Part shown: one piece after another, positions 60,156-64,000 of the stretch
Layout: each line of letters starts with the position of its first letter
How positions within the stretch are numbered: position 1 is the first letter of the stretch
DNA from: the human T2T-CHM13v2.0 reference genome, Homo sapiens
Direction: 5' to 3' (one strand)
Assembly: GCF_009914755.1 (NCBI RefSeq)
Contig: NC_060926.1
Length of the DNA: 64,000 nucleotides
Notes under the pieces: model-generated
The model's database searches: none
Seen by the model: only the letters and a program-made list of their open reading frames with translations
What the model was told of the DNA's origin: nothing
Program-made: the position numbers and the translations under genes

Positions 60156-60939
60156 ATACAAAGTACTAAAACAGTACGTAGCACATAGTAAGCACTATAC
60201 ATGTATTAACTGATATTATTATGTATAATTGAACAAATTCACAGACATCTTTAAAAAAGCAATGCCAAGGGCATAGCAAAATAACATTCCAATTAACCAT
60301 TAAGGAAATAGACATTGGTAGAAACTTCTGGCAATTTGTTAAAATGTATATAGAAATCCAAGTACTTCCATTTCTAGGAATTCATCCTAATGATATAATC
60401 AAAGGTATACACAAAGATATATAAAAGAAGATATTAATTATAATTAAGCTTCTGTGGCATGTCATGATAGGTCTTAGCCTCCTGACACTGCTGTAGGTCA
60501 AACAAGGCTTCTGGCAACTTCTTGGGGAGCCCCAGCCTTCTTCCTGGAATGTGAGGTGGCTTTTGGCAAGATAGGGCCTCTTGAAAAGCAAGAGAGCATA
60601 CCCTGTTACCATCTGTCTATGGTAACATCTAGGTCATGCCTATCTGCCAAAACAAGGGCATCCTGGGAAGGAAGCCTCTGCACTGTCTCCCTGGTTTTCT
60701 GTGCTACTGCCTCATCCAAGCCCTAACAAATAGTGGGGTCTGGCCTCTCACTCCTAATGTGTTGTCCCCTTTACACTAAATTGGTTATATTATGCCCAAG
60801 ATTCTAGAGTATGGCTTTTGCTTGGTTTTAGCAACAATATGAAGCATCCTAGAGAACAAAGTATGTATCAGCGGTTGGGGGGCAGTGCGGGGAGTTGATG
60901 CAGAAGGTAATTACCAAGAGAGCACCTGTTGCATACATT

Positions 60940-61090
60940 ATAACACTATAAAATAGCTGCTATTAGTCTCATTTTTCAGGTGAAAAAACTGAGGCTCAAA
61001 GAGGTTAAACAACTTGTTCAAGGATGCACATTTAGAAAATGGAGAAACCATGTTTTGAAACAACTGGTTTCACCCTTTTTACCATACCAG
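60940..61090 (-). mobile_element. MIR fragment
   Basis: ctcatttttcaggtgaaaaaactgaggctcaaagaggttaaacaacttgttcaagg. Confidence 0.7.
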
Positions 61091-61799
61091 TGATTGCTAT
61101 TAATTTCTGAGATTGTGTATTTATTTTAAAAGCTCACCAAGAAATGTTCATAATTAGTCTACTTTAACACCTACTGCAGTAAGCATTTCTGCTTCCCGGT
61201 ACATGAAGGCAAATTAACCATATACAATGTGGTTGCAATGCAGATTAATTTTTCTCCTACACATTTTTTTCAGCTGTAGTCTCCCACAACTTAAATTTCA
61301 AATTAACAGATGTACCACAAGTTCAGCTTGAATAATTTTTTTCCCATCATCTCAACCCAAAGAGAGATGCTCCAAACTCCATGATCTTTGGAACTATCAT
61401 CTTTCCATAAATTCAACAACCAAGCTAGTTTTGTCTACCTCATACTATTCTCTGACACAATTCTTGATTTTTAAAAAAATCAATACCTAGGGCCCCTGAA
61501 GTCACCAAATTGCCCATTTCTCCTTCAGGGATTTTCCCCTCATCCTTCCCATACTCCTTCCCACATATTCTACCTCCCCTCATATGCACAGAACTATTCA
61601 ATCTGCATTCACCTTCATTCACCTTTCATTACCACTCATTTCTAGCTCCAACAATCTGCCCTATTCTTGTTCTAGTTTTTGCCAGTGAATCTCTGGCAAG
61701 CAATTCAAACTCATGGTTACATTCCAGCCACATAACAAGTGTCTTTGCAGGGACAAAAATGGGACTATAAAAAATACATATATGGTTGTGGAGTTCTGT

Positions 61800-62590
61800 G
61801 TTCTTTTGAAACCTTTCTTTGAATGTTTCCTTTCTTTCTGTCACAACATAATTTTCCAGCCTCTTCTGGGTCTTTGCTGGTCACAGTCTAGATCAAATAT
61901 TTTTCCAAGGAGCTCTGGTTCCTTGGAGAATGGCATTAGAAGGCAAGCTTTGGGCACTAGATGTGTTCATGGCCACTGAGATGTCACTACTTCTAGGCTC
62001 ACCCAGTAGGCAAAGCTAGAAAACACAGGCCCACACATTTATATCATTATCTATATCTATATCTATATCTATGAATATACACTGATATCTCCAACTGCAA
62101 TACAACAGTGTAGGGTTCATTATAGTTTTCTCCTCTCCTATATTTGTAACTTCTTTCTCCAACAGTGAGAAGTCCAGCTGCCGTTAACTTTTTATCTTTT
62201 ATTTGATCAACTCCCTATATAAAATCTCATCCCTCATCTATAATACCACCTCTCTTCTACACAGATGCCTCCCTTATCCCATTTGGGTCCCAACAGCCCA
62301 CAGTCAGTGCTCCCCTGCCTTCACTCACATGAGCTACAATATTCCATGGCAGATTCTACCCTTCCAAATATACTTCTTCCTCACTCTGACTCCCCATTCT
62401 GCCCCCCACCCCATTGCGTGAGCCTGCTTTCCACTCCAGTTGAGTTTCAAAACCCCATGTCAGGCTGTCCCTCCATGATGATGTTCTTCTCACTCTGCTT
62501 GGGCACTGACACAGTGCACTAGTCACCCATTCATGGTACCTCTTCCACCCCCACCTTGCTTGTGCTCTGACACCCATATCAGGCCGCCCT
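61800..62590 (-). mobile_element. L1MC4/5-like 3' region, probably continuing 58330-59570
   Basis: ccaaggagctctggttcctt...tgggcactagatgtgttcat...aaagctagaaaa. Confidence 0.55.
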
Positions 62591-63224
62591 TACACATAAA
62601 TGTGGTCCTTACCCGCATTGGTCTCTGACCCAGTGAAGGTCAGCCTTCCTAAACAAATGCCCTCCTTTCCCCTTTTTGGGCTCCAACACCATAGTTTGGG
62701 CCACTGCAGTTCCCTCCCAGTTCCAGTGTAGAGACCAGCACTGTTCTGCTCCTTATAAGGATTTAGGACTGAAAGTTCAGGAAGGGACAAAGAAGAGAAG
62801 GAAACTGGGTAGAGGAAACATTGTTTTCTTCCTATATGGATAATGCACATCAACAGAAATTCTCTAATTTGTTGCTATTATGGCTTAACAGTTTTCTATT
62901 GGTAACTCTAAAAATGTTTGATACACAAATTAATTCCTTCTATAAGTAGTCATACCCTTAGAAAAGAAGCCAGTCAGTATTTTCTGAAGTCTTGTTATTC
63001 CAAGAAATTGAAACCCATATTCATCAAATTAATGAAATCAGTTACTTTTTAAGTGCTCATAATTATGGGTAACCAATGACAAGGGCAGGGAACAGTACCC
63101 ATTATCCCCACCAGGGAGGAAAGGGTCACAGTACTCAAGAGCATGAACTCTGGAGCTAGAGTGTGGGATTCCAAACCCAGCTCTAACACCCTTGGCAAGT
63201 TCCTTAGCTTCTTTGTGTTTATGT

Positions 63225-63563
<339 letters not shown>

Positions 63564-64000
63564 TGAAGAAAATAGTAATACTTTCTAGAGTTGTGAGGAT
63601 TATAGCAGATAATACATAAAAACTTCTTAGAAGACATCTGGTGTCAAAAATATCATCTGAAAATATTAGTTATTAATGTTGTTACAAAGGTAGTTGCAGA
63701 TGCCTGAAAACATGTCCAGAGATTCTGTGATTCTTAGAGCCTGATTTGAGAAACAATATATTAAAATGTAGACACTGTCACAAAGGTAACTCTTGGCACT
63801 AATGTCATAAATCCACGGACACAAAAATAGGCATCAATATTGTATGGATGGATTTAAACTACACATACTCTTCCTTAAAAATTACGTTTGAAATAACACA
63901 AAGTATTTAAATTCTCATAGAGAACTTAAAAATCTCACAGCATATGTTGGTGGTCCCCAATATGAGAAACACGTTTGTATAACATAATATATTTTTCATT

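Overview
This is primate (human or great-ape-like) genomic DNA. It is about 64 kb from inside the CCDC148 gene on the minus strand, not a prokaryotic locus. Six coding exons (13476-33328) were reconstructed by hand from GT-AG boundaries, and their phases join into one open frame. A further in-frame 63-nt exon with its own ATG lies at 40773-40835. Exon numbers 2-7 follow my recollection of human CCDC148; exon 1 and exons 8 onward lie outside the window. The rest is mostly transposon-derived: three large L1PA elements, a 5'-inverted L1, a near-full-length Tigger1, solo LTRs, Alus, MIR and L2. Repeat family names are recognised by eye, not from a database search. The most notable object is a full-length L1PA2/PA3-type element (25971-32054) with open ORF1, ORF2 and ORF0. 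It appears to carry flank sequence from its source element at both ends, has substitutions in the reverse-transcriptase (RT) nucleotide pocket, and has an antisense promoter whose ORF0 splice donors are in frame with CCDC148 exons 4 and 5. I found no CRISPR array, RNA gene or new multi-gene system; the findings are locus-level hypotheses.
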